From Candidatus Anaeroferrophillus wilburensis (GTDB lineage: Bacteria > Desulfobacterota > Anaeroferrophillalia > Anaeroferrophillales > Anaeroferrophillaceae): a stretch of 64,000 bases of DNA. Positions 18,488 through 30,267 of this stretch are shown here, piece by piece. The stretch covers positions 493 to 64,492 of the forward strand of contig JAFGSY010000011.1 of assembly GCA_016934315.1 (NCBI GenBank), given 5' to 3'. A model generated the notes under the pieces. The model made no database searches. It was not told where the DNA came from and saw only the letters and a program-made list of their open reading frames with translations. The translations under genes and the position numbers were made by a program. Every line of letters begins with the position of its first letter. Within the stretch, counting starts at the first letter, position 1.

Positions 18488-21184
18488 TTGATTTTGGGGG
18501 AACAGGTTAAAATAAAGGTTTATGAGCTTTCCAGAGAACTGAATCTCAAGGATGCCGATCTGTTGGAGATTATTGCCAGCCTGGAGATTGGAGCCAGTAG
18601 TAAATTCAGTTCTCTGAAATATGAAGATGTTGAGAAAATCAAGACTTATTACCGTGAGCACCAAGGGCCGGCGGTAGTTGAAAAGCGTATTGCTTCTGGG
18701 GCTGTGCGCCGGCGACGGAAAGCTGCCAAGCCAGCGCCGGTAGAAGTACCTGTTGCCGGTGAAGCTCCGGCTGAAGAGCTGCCAGCGGAAGAAGTCCTGC
18801 CAGAAAGTGCTGCCAAGCAGGCCGCCGAGGAGGTTTCTGTCCCTGAACAGGAGGTTCTTGAACCGGTTGCCGAAGAGGTTGCCGCGGAATCGACAGCTGC
18901 CGAGGAAGAGATTGGCGAGCTTGAAGTTGAGCCTGTGCCGCCGGCAGGGGAAGTCACGGTTGAACCGGAGGTCTCAGCCGCCGATGAGGTGAAACCGGAA
19001 ACTCCTCCCGCACCTGAGGCGGTGGAAAAATCGGCCAAAGGTAAAGCCAAGGGAGCACGGGTTATCGGCCGGATTGACCTTGAAAAACTTGAAAAGAAGA
19101 CTGCCGGTCCGGGGCGCCAGCGACCGGTTCGTGAAGCGGCAAAACCTGCTGCCGGGACACGCCAGCGACCGGCTGCGGCAGCCCCCGATGTCGTGGCGCA
19201 GCCTGAAGTGCCGATTGAGGCCAAAAAAATTGGTCGCAAAGGCAAAAAGAAGGCTGAGGTTGTCGAAGAACAGGCTGTTGACGGGCGCCGGAAGAAGCAA
19301 AGCCTGAAAAAATCGGTGATCAAGGATCTGGACCAGCTGGATGGCGCCGGGATGCGTGGTCGTGGTAGAGGTAAAAAAGCCAAAGGCGGCAAAAAGCTTG
19401 GCCAGCAAACGGAAATTACTACTCCCAAGGAGAGCAAACGGGTTGTCAAGATAACGGATGTGGTGTCTGTCGGTGAACTGGCCAAGCGGCTTGGGGTGAA
19501 AGCTTCTGAGGTTATTGCCAGGTTGATGGGGTTGGGAATCATGACCACCATCAATCAGATGATCGATATTGATACCGCTGAACTGATCGCTTCGGAATAC
19601 GGCCATTCGGTGGAGAATGTTGCTTTTGACGAACAGATTCTGCTGGAACAGGCTCCGGATGAGGAAGGATCGCTGCAGCCGCGTCCGCCGGTGGTTACGG
19701 TCATGGGGCATGTTGACCACGGCAAGACATCGCTGCTGGATGCTATTCGGGAAACCAGTGTTGCGGACCGCGAAGCCGGCGGCATTACCCAGCATATCGG
19801 GGCGTACTCGGTAGAATTGCCGAAGGGGAGGATATCCTTTGTTGATACCCCCGGCCATGAGGCCTTTACGACGATGCGCTCCCGTGGGGCCAGTATTACC
19901 GATATCGTTATTCTTGTTGTGGCTGCCGATGACGGGGTGATGCCCCAAACCATCGAATCGATCAATCACGCCCGGGCGGCGCAAGTGCCGATCATTGTGG
20001 CGGTCAATAAAATTGATAAAGCCAACGCCCAGCCTGATGAAGTGAAACGCCAGTTGAGCGAGCATGGTATTGTTGCTGAGGATTGGGGCGGCGATGCCAT
20101 CTTTGTCGAGGTGTCGGCAAAGAAGCTGACTAATATTGATACGTTGCTGGAAATGGTTCTCCTCCAGGCTGAGATGATGGAATTGAAGGCAAATCCCGAT
20201 AAAGCCGGCAAGGGGGTTGTACTTGAGTCAAGGCTCGATAAAGGGAAGGGTCCTGTGGCTACCGTACTGGTTAAGGAAGGGACCCTGCGAGCCGGTGATT
20301 ATATCGTTGCCGGACTTTACAGTGGCCGGATCCGGGCATTAATTGATGACCGCGGCGTCCCGGTTGATACTGCCGGTCCTTCTATTCCGGTGGAAATTCT
20401 TGGTCTGTCGGGAGTGCCGTCTGCCGGTGATGACTTCAATGTTGTCAAGTCGGAAAAAATTGCCAAGGAGCTGGCTGATAATCGCCAGCATCAGTTCAGG
20501 GAACGGGAAATTTCCAAAACCAGTAAAATATCCCTGGAAGATCTTTTTGAACAGATCCAGGAAGGCGAAGTTGAGAAACTTAACGTTATTGTTAAGGCCG
20601 ACGTCCAGGGGTCCCTTGAAGCGGTTACCGATTCATTGAAAAAACTGTCCACCGATAAGGTTAAGGTTGAACCGCTGCATGCGGCGGTGGGCGGCATCAA
20701 GGAAGCTGACGTCATGCTGGCGTCCGCTTCCAATGCAATTATTATTGGTTTTAATGTGCGTCCTGACATGAAGGCCCAGATGCTGGCCGAGCAGGAACAA
20801 GTTGACCTCAGGATGTATTCCATTATCTATGATCTTATTGATAATGTGAAAAAAGCAATGGAAGGTCTGCTGCAGCCGGAGATTAAAGAGATTCATCTGG
20901 GGCGGGCCGAGGTTAAAGAGGTCTTTTCCATCACCAAGATCGGTACTATTGCCGGTTGCCGGGTAACGGATGGCAAAATAAGCAGAAATGCCGGAGTTCG
21001 TCTGCTCCGTGACGATGTGGTGGTCTACGAAGGCAAGATCAGTTCCTTGAAAAGGTTCAAAGATGACGTTAAGGAAGTGCTGAACGGTTACGAGTGCGGC
21101 ATCGGCATTGAAAAGTATAACGACCTGAAAGTTGGCGATGTGATCGAGGCCTACACCACCGAGGAAGTGGCGGCCACGTTATAA
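18488..21184 (+). CDS. infB: Translation initiation factor IF-2
   Basis: [46 protein letters not shown] start. Confidence 0.98.
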   Translation: MILGEQVKIKVYELSRELNLKDADLLEIIASLEIGASSKFSSLKYEDVEKIKTYYREHQGPAVVEKRIASGAVRRRRKAAKPAPVEVPVAGEAPAEELPAEEVLPESAAKQAAEEVSVPEQEVLEPVAEEVAAESTAAEEEIGELEVEPVPPAGEVTVEPEVSAADEVKPETPPAPEAVEKSAKGKAKGARVIGRIDLEKLEKKTAGPGRQRPVREAAKPAAGTRQRPAAAAPDVVAQPEVPIEAKKIGRKGKKKAEVVEEQAVDGRRKKQSLKKSVIKDLDQLDGAGMRGRGRGKKAKGGKKLGQQTEITTPKESKRVVKITDVVSVGELAKRLGVKASEVIARLMGLGIMTTINQMIDIDTAELIASEYGHSVENVAFDEQILLEQAPDEEGSLQPRPPVVTVMGHVDHGKTSLLDAIRETSVADREAGGITQHIGAYSVELPKGRISFVDTPGHEAFTTMRSRGASITDIVILVVAADDGVMPQTIESINHARAAQVPIIVAVNKIDKANAQPDEVKRQLSEHGIVAEDWGGDAIFVEVSAKKLTNIDTLLEMVLLQAEMMELKANPDKAGKGVVLESRLDKGKGPVATVLVKEGTLRAGDYIVAGLYSGRIRALIDDRGVPVDTAGPSIPVEILGLSGVPSAGDDFNVVKSEKIAKELADNRQHQFREREISKTSKISLEDLFEQIQEGEVEKLNVIVKADVQGSLEAVTDSLKKLSTDKVKVEPLHAAVGGIKEADVMLASASNAIIIGFNVRPDMKAQMLAEQEQVDLRMYSIIYDLIDNVKKAMEGLLQPEIKEIHLGRAEVKEVFSITKIGTIAGCRVTDGKISRNAGVRLLRDDVVVYEGKISSLKRFKDDVKEVLNGYECGIGIEKYNDLKVGDVIEAYTTEEVAATL

Positions 21185-21252
21185 ATCAACGGTATACGGT
21201 TTGTGGTACGGAGTGTCAGGACAAGCCGTGAATCTTCAGACTGTCTGTGCCC

Positions 21253-21549
21253 ATGCATGTCGGTGTCTGCCAGGTAGAGCTCTTCCTGCCTGAGAATCGC
21301 TCCCTGAAGGGGAAAAGGCGGGTGCTTAAATCGCTGATTCAGCGGATCAGAAACACCTTTAATGTGTCGGTGGCTGAAACCGGCGGCCATGATGATTGGC
21401 AACGTTCGGTGCTGGCCCTGACCATAGTCAGCAAAGACCAGGCCTATGTTAACCGGGGGTTGGATAAAATCCTCGATTTTATTGAGGATGCCGGGACGGT
21501 CGTGGTTGGTGACTCTTCCCTGGAAATAGTATCCTTCCACGACTGCTGA
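21253..21549 (+). CDS. DUF503 family protein
   Basis: SLKGKRRVLKSL...FNVSVAE; lies between infB and rbfA. Confidence 0.88.
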   Translation: MHVGVCQVELFLPENRSLKGKRRVLKSLIQRIRNTFNVSVAETGGHDDWQRSVLALTIVSKDQAYVNRGLDKILDFIEDAGTVVVGDSSLEIVSFHDC

Positions 21550-21591
21550 CCAGGATTGCTGGCCAGCCTTCATGCTTCTTGAGAAAACGAT

Positions 21592-21933
21592 ATGAGAAAT
21601 CAGACCGTGCGCTGCCGTCGGGTTGCCGATTCTCTGAAAAAAGAGATTTCGTGTATGCTTTTGCAGGAGGTCAAAGACCCGCGGATTTCATTGGTGACGA
21701 TTCTTGATGTTGCCGTCAGCCCCGACTTGAGTTTTGCCCAGGTTTACTACACGCTCCATGGTTCTGATGTCGACAAACGGAAAACCCAGGAGGGGTTGCA
21801 GAGTACCGCTGGTTTTCTGCGCCGCGAACTGGGTCGGCGTCTCCGTTTGAAGCGGATTCCGGAACTGCATTTTCGTTATGATGATACCGTTGATCGCGGT
21901 TTTGAGCTGGAACAGCTGCTGGATAGATTGTAG
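21592..21933 (+). CDS. rbfA: Ribosome-binding factor A
   Basis: KDPRI, VSPDLSFAQVY, RIPELHFRYD. Confidence 0.95.
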   Translation: MRNQTVRCRRVADSLKKEISCMLLQEVKDPRISLVTILDVAVSPDLSFAQVYYTLHGSDVDKRKTQEGLQSTAGFLRRELGRRLRLKRIPELHFRYDDTVDRGFELEQLLDRL

Positions 21934-22007
21934 CAGAGCGGTGCTTGTGCCGGCAGATGTTTCCCGGTACCGTATGATTTTGTTAACGTTTCTTGAGGAT
22001 AGTTGTC

Positions 22008-23027
22008 GTGTCTCTAGATCAACAACAGCTGCAGACAATGATCCGGGTATGCTCCGAGGCCAGGACCGTTCTCATTGCCACCCATGTCAACCCTGATGGT
22101 GATGCGGTTGGTTCGTCGTTGGCTCTTGCCGCCACCCTGCAGAAATTGGACAAGCAGGTTGTTGTCTATGATCCTGATCCGGTGCCCTATATGTTCAGAT
22201 TTTTGCCGGGGGCGGATTTAGTTGTCAATACCTTGCCTGAGCATGAGACGTTTGACCTGCTGATCCTCCTGGACTGCAGTGAACCGGGCCGGGCAGGCAG
22301 GGAGATGGCCTCTTTTTCCGGTTATCGCCGGACAGCCTGTATTGATCACCATATTACCAATGATCATTTTGCCCAGTTCAACCTCATAGACCCCCAGGCA
22401 AGCGCAACGGCTGAGCTGGTGTATGAGGTTGTTGCGGCTCTTGATGCTGATTTTTCCCGTGATGTGGCTGTTAACCTCTATACGGCAATTCTGACGGATA
22501 CCGGATCGTTCCACTATGAGAATGCCGGCCCTCGCTCCTTTGCAGTTGCCGGAAAACTGGTGGCCAAAGGGGTTGATCCCTGGATGGTGGCCCAGCATGT
22601 CTATGAAAGCGAGCCGCTCAACCGCTTGCAGTTGCTGGCCTATACCCTGCAGACGCTGCGCATCTCTGCAAATGGCAAGGCTGCCTGTGTCACGGTAACC
22701 CGGGAGATGTATGCCAAAACCGGGACGAATGCTGAGCATACGGACCGGTTGGTAAATTACCCTCGTTCCATCGATGGGGTGGAAGTGGCTTTCATGCTCA
22801 GGCAGACAGGTGAGCGGTCCTATAAGCTGAGTTTTCGTTCCCGGGGCATGGTGGACGTTGCATCCCTGGCACAGGAGTTTGGCGGTGGCGGCCATAAGAA
22901 TGCCGCCGGCTGCCACCTCGATGGTTCTGCCGATGACATTATTGCCATGGTTTTTGCAAAACTGGATGATCTGCTGGAGGTGACCCGGGGGGCAGGCGGT
23001 TTCGCGGCTGTTTCACCAAAGGCCTGA
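22008..23027 (+). CDS. nrnA: DHH-family oligoribonuclease/pAp phosphatase
   Basis: HVNPDGDA, IDHH, TDTGSF, GGGGHKNAAG; GTG after GAGGA. Confidence 0.9.
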   Translation: MSLDQQQLQTMIRVCSEARTVLIATHVNPDGDAVGSSLALAATLQKLDKQVVVYDPDPVPYMFRFLPGADLVVNTLPEHETFDLLILLDCSEPGRAGREMASFSGYRRTACIDHHITNDHFAQFNLIDPQASATAELVYEVVAALDADFSRDVAVNLYTAILTDTGSFHYENAGPRSFAVAGKLVAKGVDPWMVAQHVYESEPLNRLQLLAYTLQTLRISANGKAACVTVTREMYAKTGTNAEHTDRLVNYPRSIDGVEVAFMLRQTGERSYKLSFRSRGMVDVASLAQEFGGGGHKNAAGCHLDGSADDIIAMVFAKLDDLLEVTRGAGGFAAVSPKA

Positions 23028-23935
23028 TGGACGGCTTCCTGGTAATTGATAAACCTGCAGGGATGACTTCCCAGGGGGTTGTTTCGCGGGTCAAACGCCT
23101 GCTGTCAGTCCGTAAAGCCGGTCACACTGGGACGTTAGATCCCCTGGCTACGGGGGTTCTGCCCGTTGCTCTTGGTAAGGCAACCAGGCTGATTCCCTTT
23201 CTTGACGAGTCGATCAAGGTGTATCAGGGTGAGATGCAGCTGGGGATCGAAACCGATACCTATGATATCCAGGGTGCCGTTGTTTGTCGGCACAAGGGGC
23301 GGCTGAACTTTTCCCGGGCCGAGATAGAACAGGCTTTCATGTGTTTTACCGGCACCTTTCTCCAGGTGCCGCCGGTCTATTCGGCACTCAAGCACCAGGG
23401 AAGACCTTTGTATGCCCTGGCGCGCAGCGGCAATCCGGTGGTGCCACCACCCCGGGAGATAACGGTTTCCTCCTTTGTGCTGCTGGCAGTTGAGCTGCCG
23501 AACGTGGTGTTCAGGGTCCACTGTGTTCGCGGGACCTATGTTCGTTCTCTGGTTCACGATCTGGGGCATTATCTCGGCTGCGGTGCAACACTGACCGGTC
23601 TTCGCCGTGAACAAAGCGGCCCCTTTACCCTGAATCAGGCAATTGATCTTGAAAGGTTGCAGGATCTAGGTGAGCCGGAGGGATTTCCGGCTATGTTGTC
23701 CATGAGCAGCGTTCTTGGATCCATGCCGTCCGTAACGATTGCCGATCCTGGGCAGCTGGCTTTGGTTAAAACCGGTTCACCCCTGTCGGTACAGGAGGTG
23801 GAACAAAATTTTGAGCAGCCGCCGGGTACTTTCTGCCAGATTCTTGATCCGGTGGGAAGATTGTTGGCCATCGCCTGCCTGGTTCTTGAAGATGATCACC
23901 GTAAACTGCGGATGAAACGGGTTTTTTGGCAATAA
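23027..23935 (+). CDS. truB: tRNA pseudouridine(55) synthase
   Basis: DKPAGMTS, GHTGTLDPLATGVL, PPVYSALK, GTYVRSL. Confidence 0.97.
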   Translation: MDGFLVIDKPAGMTSQGVVSRVKRLLSVRKAGHTGTLDPLATGVLPVALGKATRLIPFLDESIKVYQGEMQLGIETDTYDIQGAVVCRHKGRLNFSRAEIEQAFMCFTGTFLQVPPVYSALKHQGRPLYALARSGNPVVPPPREITVSSFVLLAVELPNVVFRVHCVRGTYVRSLVHDLGHYLGCGATLTGLRREQSGPFTLNQAIDLERLQDLGEPEGFPAMLSMSSVLGSMPSVTIADPGQLALVKTGSPLSVQEVEQNFEQPPGTFCQILDPVGRLLAIACLVLEDDHRKLRMKRVFWQ

Positions 23936-24028
23936 ATTCTTTACATTACCATGGTCCTGTGGTAGGCAAAAAGTGCATATGTGGCCTTGGTTAGGACAGT
24001 ATTACAGTTTGGAGGAAGAGAAGAGACA

Positions 24029-24298
24029 ATGGTTATGGAAAATGAGCAGAAAAAGACAGTTATTGAAAAGTACAGACTTCATGATAGTGATACCGGATCT
24101 CCTGAGGTTCAGATTGCTTTGTTAAGTGAGAGGATTACCTATCTTACCGAGCATTTCAAAACCCATAAAAAGGATTTCCATTCGCGTCGGGGGCTTTTGA
24201 AGTTGGTCGGCCAGCGCCGTCGCCTGCTTGATTATCTGAAAAAGAAAGAGTTTCAGCGTTATAAGAATGTTATTGGCAGTTTGGGCCTGCGGCGTTAG
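24029..24298 (+). CDS. rpsO: 30S ribosomal protein S15
   Basis: [39 protein letters not shown]. Confidence 0.98.
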   Translation: MVMENEQKKTVIEKYRLHDSDTGSPEVQIALLSERITYLTEHFKTHKKDFHSRRGLLKLVGQRRRLLDYLKKKEFQRYKNVIGSLGLRR

Positions 24299-24338
24299 GT
24301 CGGGCTTCTGTTGTGACATGTTGGCTGGCAGACAGACG

Positions 24339-24362
24339 AGCAGGGGGATTCCCCTGCTTTTT
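24339..24362 (+). terminator. Terminator-like hairpin after rpsO
   Basis: AGCAGGGG-gatt-CCCCTGCT-TTTT. Confidence 0.65.
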
Positions 24363-24462
24363 GTTAAATCAAAAAACGCAATTGCAGGAAGGCTTGAGTT
24401 CATTGGAGAACTTCATTGCAGTCCCTTCCTAGCTTGCACAAACGAAAAAAATAGGAATCTGA

Positions 24463-26544
24463 ATGCAGAATTTTTGTCAAATCGAAGTTGAAAAGAGTAG
24501 TGTTACCCTGGAAACGGGAAAAATGGCCAAGCAGGCCAGTGGTGCTGTTGTGGTCAGAGCCGGTGATACGGTTGTTCTGGTGACCGCAGTGGCTGAACGA
24601 AAGGGGCGGGAAGGAATTGACTTCTTCCCTTTGACGGTCGATTACCGTGAAAAGACCTATGCTGCCGGCAAAATACCAGGAGGATTTTTCAAGCGTGAAA
24701 GTCGCCCTTCTGACCGGGAAACATTGACTTCCAGGCTCATTGATCGGCCAATCCGGCCCCTGTTTCCCAAAGGATTTTCTTGCGAAACCCAGGTGATCGC
24801 GACGGTACTTTCTGTTGACGGCCAGCATGATGCTGATGTGTTGGCACTGACGGGGGCTTCAGCAGCTTTGATGATCTCTGATATCCCCTTTGCCGGACCG
24901 GTGGCCGGTGTCCGCGTCGGCCGGATTGATGGTCGGTTGATTGCCAATCCATCCGTCGACCAGATGGCTGAGAGTGATCTGGATCTGGTGATGGCCTGCA
25001 GCCGTGAAGCAGTGGTTATGGTTGAGGGTGGCGCCCATGAACTGGCTGAAGAAATTGTTGTTGAAGCCTTGGAGTTCGGCCATCAGGCCGCTCAACCATT
25101 CCTGCAGGCTCAGCAACAGATGGCGGCAAAGGTTGGTCGGCAGAAACGCCAAGTGGTGGCCCCCCAGCTCAATGAGCAGGTGTCCGCGCTGGTGCAGGGT
25201 GACTATGGTCCACGTTTTTCAGAAGGACTTGCCATCAATGATAAACTGGAGCGCCGGGATTATTTCAGTGATTTGAAAGGTGAGATCGCTGAAAAACTGG
25301 GTGCCCTGGAGATTCCGGTAAATGATTTGGGGGAAATCTTTGAACATCAGTTGGCGGCTGCCATCAGAAAGCAGATCCATCGGCAGGGGGTCAGGATTGG
25401 TGGGCGGTCCGTCGATGAAGTAAGACAAATTACCACCGAGGTGGGGCTGCTGCCCCGGGTCCACGGTTCAGCCCTCTTCACCCGCGGTGAAACCCAGGCA
25501 CTGGTTACGGTGACTCTGGGAACATCGTCGGATGAGCAGCGGATAGATGCCCTTTTGGGGGAGAGTTTCAAGCGGTTTATGCTGCATTATAATTTCCCTC
25601 CTTACAGTGTCGGTGAAGCCCGTTTCCTCCGTGGTCCCGGGCGGCGGGAAATCGGCCATGGGACGCTGGCCGAGCGGGCCTTGACGCCGGTTCTTCCCGC
25701 TGCCGAGCAGTTCCCCTATACCATCCGTGTTGTTTCCGAGGTGCTGGAATCAAACGGTTCATCGTCCATGGCAACCGTTTGTGGCGGTTCCCTGTCGCTG
25801 ATGGATGGCGGTGTTCCCATCAAGGCGCCGGTAGCCGGTATTGCCATGGGTCTGGTTAAAGAAGGGGATGATTTTATCGTTCTCACTGATATCCTTGGTG
25901 ATGAAGATCATGTTGGTGACATGGATTTCAAGGTGGCAGGTACCCGGGAAGGGATAACGGCCATCCAGATGGATATAAAAGTTACCGGTATCAGTCAGGA
26001 GATTATGAAAAAAGCTCTCAGCCAAGCCAGGGAAGGAAGATTGAAGATCCTTGGGGTGATGGAGCAGAGCCTGGCTGAGTCCCGGGCTGATATCTCTACC
26101 TATGCCCCCCGCATCCTGACAATTACGGTTCATCAGGATAAAATCCGTGACGTCATCGGGCCGGGAGGCAAGAATATCAGGGCGATTGTTGAAAAAACCG
26201 GAGCCAAGATTGATATCGAGGATAGCGGCGAGATCAAGATTGCTTCCGCCGATGAAAAAGCATCAGCAATGGCCATTGCCATGATTCGTGACCTGACCCA
26301 GGAGGCTGAAGTAGGTAAAATCTATCTGGGGAAAGTCCAGAAAATTATGGATTTTGGCGCCTTTGTTGAAATTTTCCCAGGAACTGACGGGCTGGTGCAT
26401 ATTTCCCAACTGGCTCACGAACGGGTCCGTGATGTGCGGGATATTCTCAAGGAAGGCGACGAGGTACTGGTGAAGGTGCTGGAAATTGATCGCCAGGGAA
26501 AAATCAAGCTTTCCCGTAAGGATGCTCTGGACAGCCAGGCATAA
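24463..26544 (+). CDS. pnp: Polyribonucleotide nucleotidyltransferase
   Basis: [47 protein letters not shown] and S1 domains. Confidence 0.98.
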   Translation: MQNFCQIEVEKSSVTLETGKMAKQASGAVVVRAGDTVVLVTAVAERKGREGIDFFPLTVDYREKTYAAGKIPGGFFKRESRPSDRETLTSRLIDRPIRPLFPKGFSCETQVIATVLSVDGQHDADVLALTGASAALMISDIPFAGPVAGVRVGRIDGRLIANPSVDQMAESDLDLVMACSREAVVMVEGGAHELAEEIVVEALEFGHQAAQPFLQAQQQMAAKVGRQKRQVVAPQLNEQVSALVQGDYGPRFSEGLAINDKLERRDYFSDLKGEIAEKLGALEIPVNDLGEIFEHQLAAAIRKQIHRQGVRIGGRSVDEVRQITTEVGLLPRVHGSALFTRGETQALVTVTLGTSSDEQRIDALLGESFKRFMLHYNFPPYSVGEARFLRGPGRREIGHGTLAERALTPVLPAAEQFPYTIRVVSEVLESNGSSSMATVCGGSLSLMDGGVPIKAPVAGIAMGLVKEGDDFIVLTDILGDEDHVGDMDFKVAGTREGITAIQMDIKVTGISQEIMKKALSQAREGRLKILGVMEQSLAESRADISTYAPRILTITVHQDKIRDVIGPGGKNIRAIVEKTGAKIDIEDSGEIKIASADEKASAMAIAMIRDLTQEAEVGKIYLGKVQKIMDFGAFVEIFPGTDGLVHISQLAHERVRDVRDILKEGDEVLVKVLEIDRQGKIKLSRKDALDSQA

Positions 26545-26579
26545 GCTAGGTGCTGTTAAAGGATATGTGTCGGTGACGT

Positions 26580-26611
26580 AAAAGGCGGGGGTATCACCCC
26601 CGCTTTTTTTT
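26580..26611 (+). terminator. Intrinsic terminator after pnp
   Basis: GCGGGGGT-atc-ACCCCCGC plus a T-run. Confidence 0.8.
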
Positions 26612-26799
26612 GTGGCGGCCGCCATTGATGCCGCTTTACAAAATTTCAGCTGATGACTATACTGAAAAGTGATTGTACGATGGAAACACTGCTGTATGCG
26701 GGGTTTGATCAAGGTTGTTGGCAAGCGAACTCTATGGATTGGTTGATGGTCTGCAGATTGTCCATGGAGACTGATAGCGGGTGAGGAAAGGATTGTTCT

Positions 26800-27717
26800 G
26801 TGGCTGGAAAAGATTACTATGCCGTACTTGGCGTCGATAAAAAGGCTTCTGAAGAGGAGATTAAAAAGGCATTTCGCCGGTTAGCCCGCAAATATCATCC
26901 TGATATGAATAAAGATGATGCTGAATCGGAAAAGAAGTTCAAGGAGATTAATGAGGCCTATGAGGTTCTGGGAGATCAGCAGAAACGTAAAGAATATGAT
27001 ATGTATGGTGCTACCTTCCAGCAGCCCGGAGGCTTTCATGGCCATCCGGGAGCTGGTGATTTTGGCTTTGATCTCAATGACCTCTTTGGCGGCCGTGCGG
27101 GTGGTCGATCACGTACCTTTACCCCCGGAGGCGGTGACTTTTCCCATGTTTTTTCCGACCTCTTTGGCGGTTCCGGTGGCGGTGGTTTCCAGCAGGGACC
27201 GCACAAGGGCCATGATATCAGCTATGAAGTGGAAATCAGCTTTGCAGATGCGGTTCATGGGACAGAACTTGTTCTGCAGATTAATAACCGCAAAGTAACG
27301 GTGCGCATTCCCCCTGGGATCAGCAACAACGGGAAATTGCGGGTTAAGGGCAAAGGCCAGCCGGGAATCCACGGCGGCCCTCCGGGGGACCTGTTGCTGC
27401 GCGTTAAGGTGCTGCCCCATGAAATTTTTGCCATGAATGGTTACAACCTCCATTGTCAAGTGAAAATCCCAGTGACCTTGGCGATGCTTGGCGGCCGGGT
27501 TGATGTTCCCACCTTTGATGGTAAGGCGGTGCTTAGCCTGCCGCCCGGAACTCAATCGGGTCAGAAATTTCGCCTGCAGGGTAAGGGGGTAAAAAAAGGC
27601 AAGTCCGGTGCCCATGGTGATGAGATCGTCGAGATTGAGGTCCAGATTCCCAAAAAACTTACGCCTGAGGCCAGGAAACTGGTTGAACAGTTGGCAGCGG
27701 CCATCTCCGCCGCCTGA
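26800..27717 (+). CDS. Type II J-domain chaperone (CbpA/DnaJ-like, no Zn finger)
   Basis: KDYY...YHPD J domain, G/F-rich linker, DnaJ-C region; no CxxCxGxG repeats. Confidence 0.9.
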   Translation: MAGKDYYAVLGVDKKASEEEIKKAFRRLARKYHPDMNKDDAESEKKFKEINEAYEVLGDQQKRKEYDMYGATFQQPGGFHGHPGAGDFGFDLNDLFGGRAGGRSRTFTPGGGDFSHVFSDLFGGSGGGGFQQGPHKGHDISYEVEISFADAVHGTELVLQINNRKVTVRIPPGISNNGKLRVKGKGQPGIHGGPPGDLLLRVKVLPHEIFAMNGYNLHCQVKIPVTLAMLGGRVDVPTFDGKAVLSLPPGTQSGQKFRLQGKGVKKGKSGAHGDEIVEIEVQIPKKLTPEARKLVEQLAAAISAA

Positions 27718-27750
27718 TGGCCGGCAGCATCCGGAACTGGTGTCTGACCG

Positions 27751-30267
27751 GTGAAGAGTTTTGCTTTCCGACCTCTGGTCCTACCCTTTTTGCAGATGTT
27801 GGCGGCGGTTGCCTGGCCGGTGCTGCTGCCGGCGGGCTGGCTTTATCCTTTGTTTGCCGTCTTAGCTGCCTGGATTTACTATCGATTAAGTCGATACTAT
27901 AACCCCCAGGCCGAAATTCGAAAAACGGTTGTTTTTTCCTTCCTATTTTTTTCCACCCTGCTTTCCTCTCTCGTTGCTCTGCGGGTGGCAGCAAGAGTTT
28001 CCTCCTTTTCTGTCCGGCAGGAAGCAATGCCGTCAGCCCCATCAGAGAAAACTTTTTTAACGGTAGTAATTACCGGCTTCCCGGAAGGGTATTATGATTC
28101 CTGGATGGTGCCGGCAGCCATGGTCGGTGAAGCTGGCCATGCTGCTGGCGGGGATTCTGCCGGGGGGGTGAAGCTTTTGCTGCGCCTGCCGGCTGCTTCC
28201 TATGACGACCCTCGTCTGCCGCTTGTTGGTGATCTGGTGCGCCTTGAAGCGTCGTATCGTTCTTACCGCCCGCCAAAACATCCATTTCTGGCATTCCGGG
28301 CCTATCAATGGATGGCGAGTGACCGGCGTGTCTTTGTCCGGGTGGATGATTGGTCCGGTAGTGCTGTTATTGCAGAACGTTCTACCGGCAGTTGGTTGCG
28401 GCCCGTCGATCGGTTGCGCCGCTGGATATACGGTAAGGTCGCTTCAAGAGCCGCGCCGGAACATGTCATGGGTATCGTACAGGCCATGCTGCTGGGTACC
28501 AGGGATAAACTGACTCCGGAGATAAAAGATCTGTTTCTTGATCTTGGTGCCTACCATTTGTTTGCCATCTCCGGTTTGCACGTCGGCATTGTGGTTGCTT
28601 TTCTTTTTGCCGTTTCCTGCCAGCTTTTCAACCGCCTGTTCCCGTGCCTTTTTGTTGCCGGCCCGCGCAAGGTTGCCGCCGGCATTGCCTTGCTGAGCTG
28701 CTGGTTCTATGTTCTGATCACCGGTATGCACCTGCCGGCGGTGAGGGCTGGGATCATGGCCAGTGTTTTTCTCCTGTCGATCATGGTGGATGCGGCTGAT
28801 GACCCATTCAGCTCTCTGCTGGCAGCAGTGATCATTATTCTCGCTCTCTGGCCTCAAGCTCTCTTTCAACTCTCGTTTCAGTTGTCGGTGGCTGCGGTTG
28901 CGGCAATCCTGTTGGCGTTAACGGTCTATTATCGGACAGCGGCCGGCTGGTTGACACTGGCAGCAGATAAGGGAGGGTGGGGAACGTGGCTGTCTGCGGG
29001 CACCACCTGGACTGCATTGATCCTGGTTATCGGCTTGGCAGCCTGGCTGGCCACCGGGCCACTGCTGCTCAACCGGGTCCATTTTCTGACACCTTTTTCC
29101 TTGGTCAGCAGCCTGATACTGGTTCCTGTTTTCTCCTGTCTTATTCTCCCCCTGGGGTTTGTAACCCTGCTGTTGTTGCCATTGCCGTTGCTGGGCACCG
29201 CTTGCCTTGGGCTTTTGACTATGGTGACCGGAATAATGATCAATGGCTGTCAGTGGGTCCATTCCCTGCTGCCTGGTCTCCGCTGGTATGCTGCTTCTTT
29301 TACTGCCGTTGAACTGATACTCTACTATGCTTTCTGGCTCATCGTCGGGATGCTGTGTTGTCGTCGTAAAAAAGTTGTTCCCCTGCTGCTGCTCGCTCTC
29401 CTGATGTTTGTCATGATGGTGGATGGTATTGTCTGGTATGATCGTCGCTTCCAACGGGATCATATCGCTATTTCAGCTTTTGTCGGCGGTTTTTCCCAGG
29501 CAATGATTGTTGAAATGCCAACGGGGGAGGTGCTGCTGGTTAATGGCGGCAGTTTTGCCAACCAGGATTTTTCCATGGTGGAATCAATTATTGCCCCTTT
29601 CTGCTGGTCACGCAAAATTGGTCATATTGATGTTCTGATATTGACCAACCCTCAACGTGGGGCGGTGGCCGGGCTTGATTTTATGATTGAACATTTCGGT
29701 GTCAGGGAAATCTGGTACAACGGCCTGTGGACCGGCTACCCGCCTTTTCGTGACTTTTATGCCAGGAGCAAAGAAAAAGGGGTCCGTTGGCGGAAGTTGA
29801 CCGACTTTTCCCGAGCCTGGATATTCAACCGGGTAACCCTGAAGGCGGTGGCTCCCCCGGCTAACGATATTCAGCTGCTAGCGCCCTGGCGGACGTTTCT
29901 TGATGAGATGGCTTTATCCATGACCATACAATTTGGCGACTGCCAGGCATTGATATGGGGTGGATCGCCGACCGGGCTGCAGCGCTACGGTGTCCCGGAA
30001 GGGCAAGGTCAGCTTGATCTCCTATTTTGCATTCAGTCTCAGCCTGCTTCGGTGCCGATGGACGCTCAAGCACCGATGGTTGTGGTTCTCCCCAGCGTGT
30101 TCGCCGGCGGTAACGTTGACAAGTGGCCGAAAGGATCGCTTGTCTGGCAGACCAGGTCAGACGGTTTTATTGAGTGTCATCTGTTTGCTGACGGCAAAAT
30201 CCGTATCAATAAAAAGACGTCCTTCTCCCAGGTGTCCCCATCCAGACATACGCCGGCTGCTAGGTAA
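27751..30267 (+). CDS. comEC: ComEC/Rec2 competence protein
   Basis: HLFAISGLHVG, PAVRAGIM, SFQLS, many TM helices, degenerate C-terminal MBL-like domain. Confidence 0.88.
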   Translation: MKSFAFRPLVLPFLQMLAAVAWPVLLPAGWLYPLFAVLAAWIYYRLSRYYNPQAEIRKTVVFSFLFFSTLLSSLVALRVAARVSSFSVRQEAMPSAPSEKTFLTVVITGFPEGYYDSWMVPAAMVGEAGHAAGGDSAGGVKLLLRLPAASYDDPRLPLVGDLVRLEASYRSYRPPKHPFLAFRAYQWMASDRRVFVRVDDWSGSAVIAERSTGSWLRPVDRLRRWIYGKVASRAAPEHVMGIVQAMLLGTRDKLTPEIKDLFLDLGAYHLFAISGLHVGIVVAFLFAVSCQLFNRLFPCLFVAGPRKVAAGIALLSCWFYVLITGMHLPAVRAGIMASVFLLSIMVDAADDPFSSLLAAVIIILALWPQALFQLSFQLSVAAVAAILLALTVYYRTAAGWLTLAADKGGWGTWLSAGTTWTALILVIGLAAWLATGPLLLNRVHFLTPFSLVSSLILVPVFSCLILPLGFVTLLLLPLPLLGTACLGLLTMVTGIMINGCQWVHSLLPGLRWYAASFTAVELILYYAFWLIVGMLCCRRKKVVPLLLLALLMFVMMVDGIVWYDRRFQRDHIAISAFVGGFSQAMIVEMPTGEVLLVNGGSFANQDFSMVESIIAPFCWSRKIGHIDVLILTNPQRGAVAGLDFMIEHFGVREIWYNGLWTGYPPFRDFYARSKEKGVRWRKLTDFSRAWIFNRVTLKAVAPPANDIQLLAPWRTFLDEMALSMTIQFGDCQALIWGGSPTGLQRYGVPEGQGQLDLLFCIQSQPASVPMDAQAPMVVVLPSVFAGGNVDKWPKGSLVWQTRSDGFIECHLFADGKIRINKKTSFSQVSPSRHTPAAR

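Noticed and set aside
18700..19300. Repetitive E/A/P-rich sequence in infB as a repeat element
   Set aside because: Normal low-complexity IF-2 N-terminal linker.
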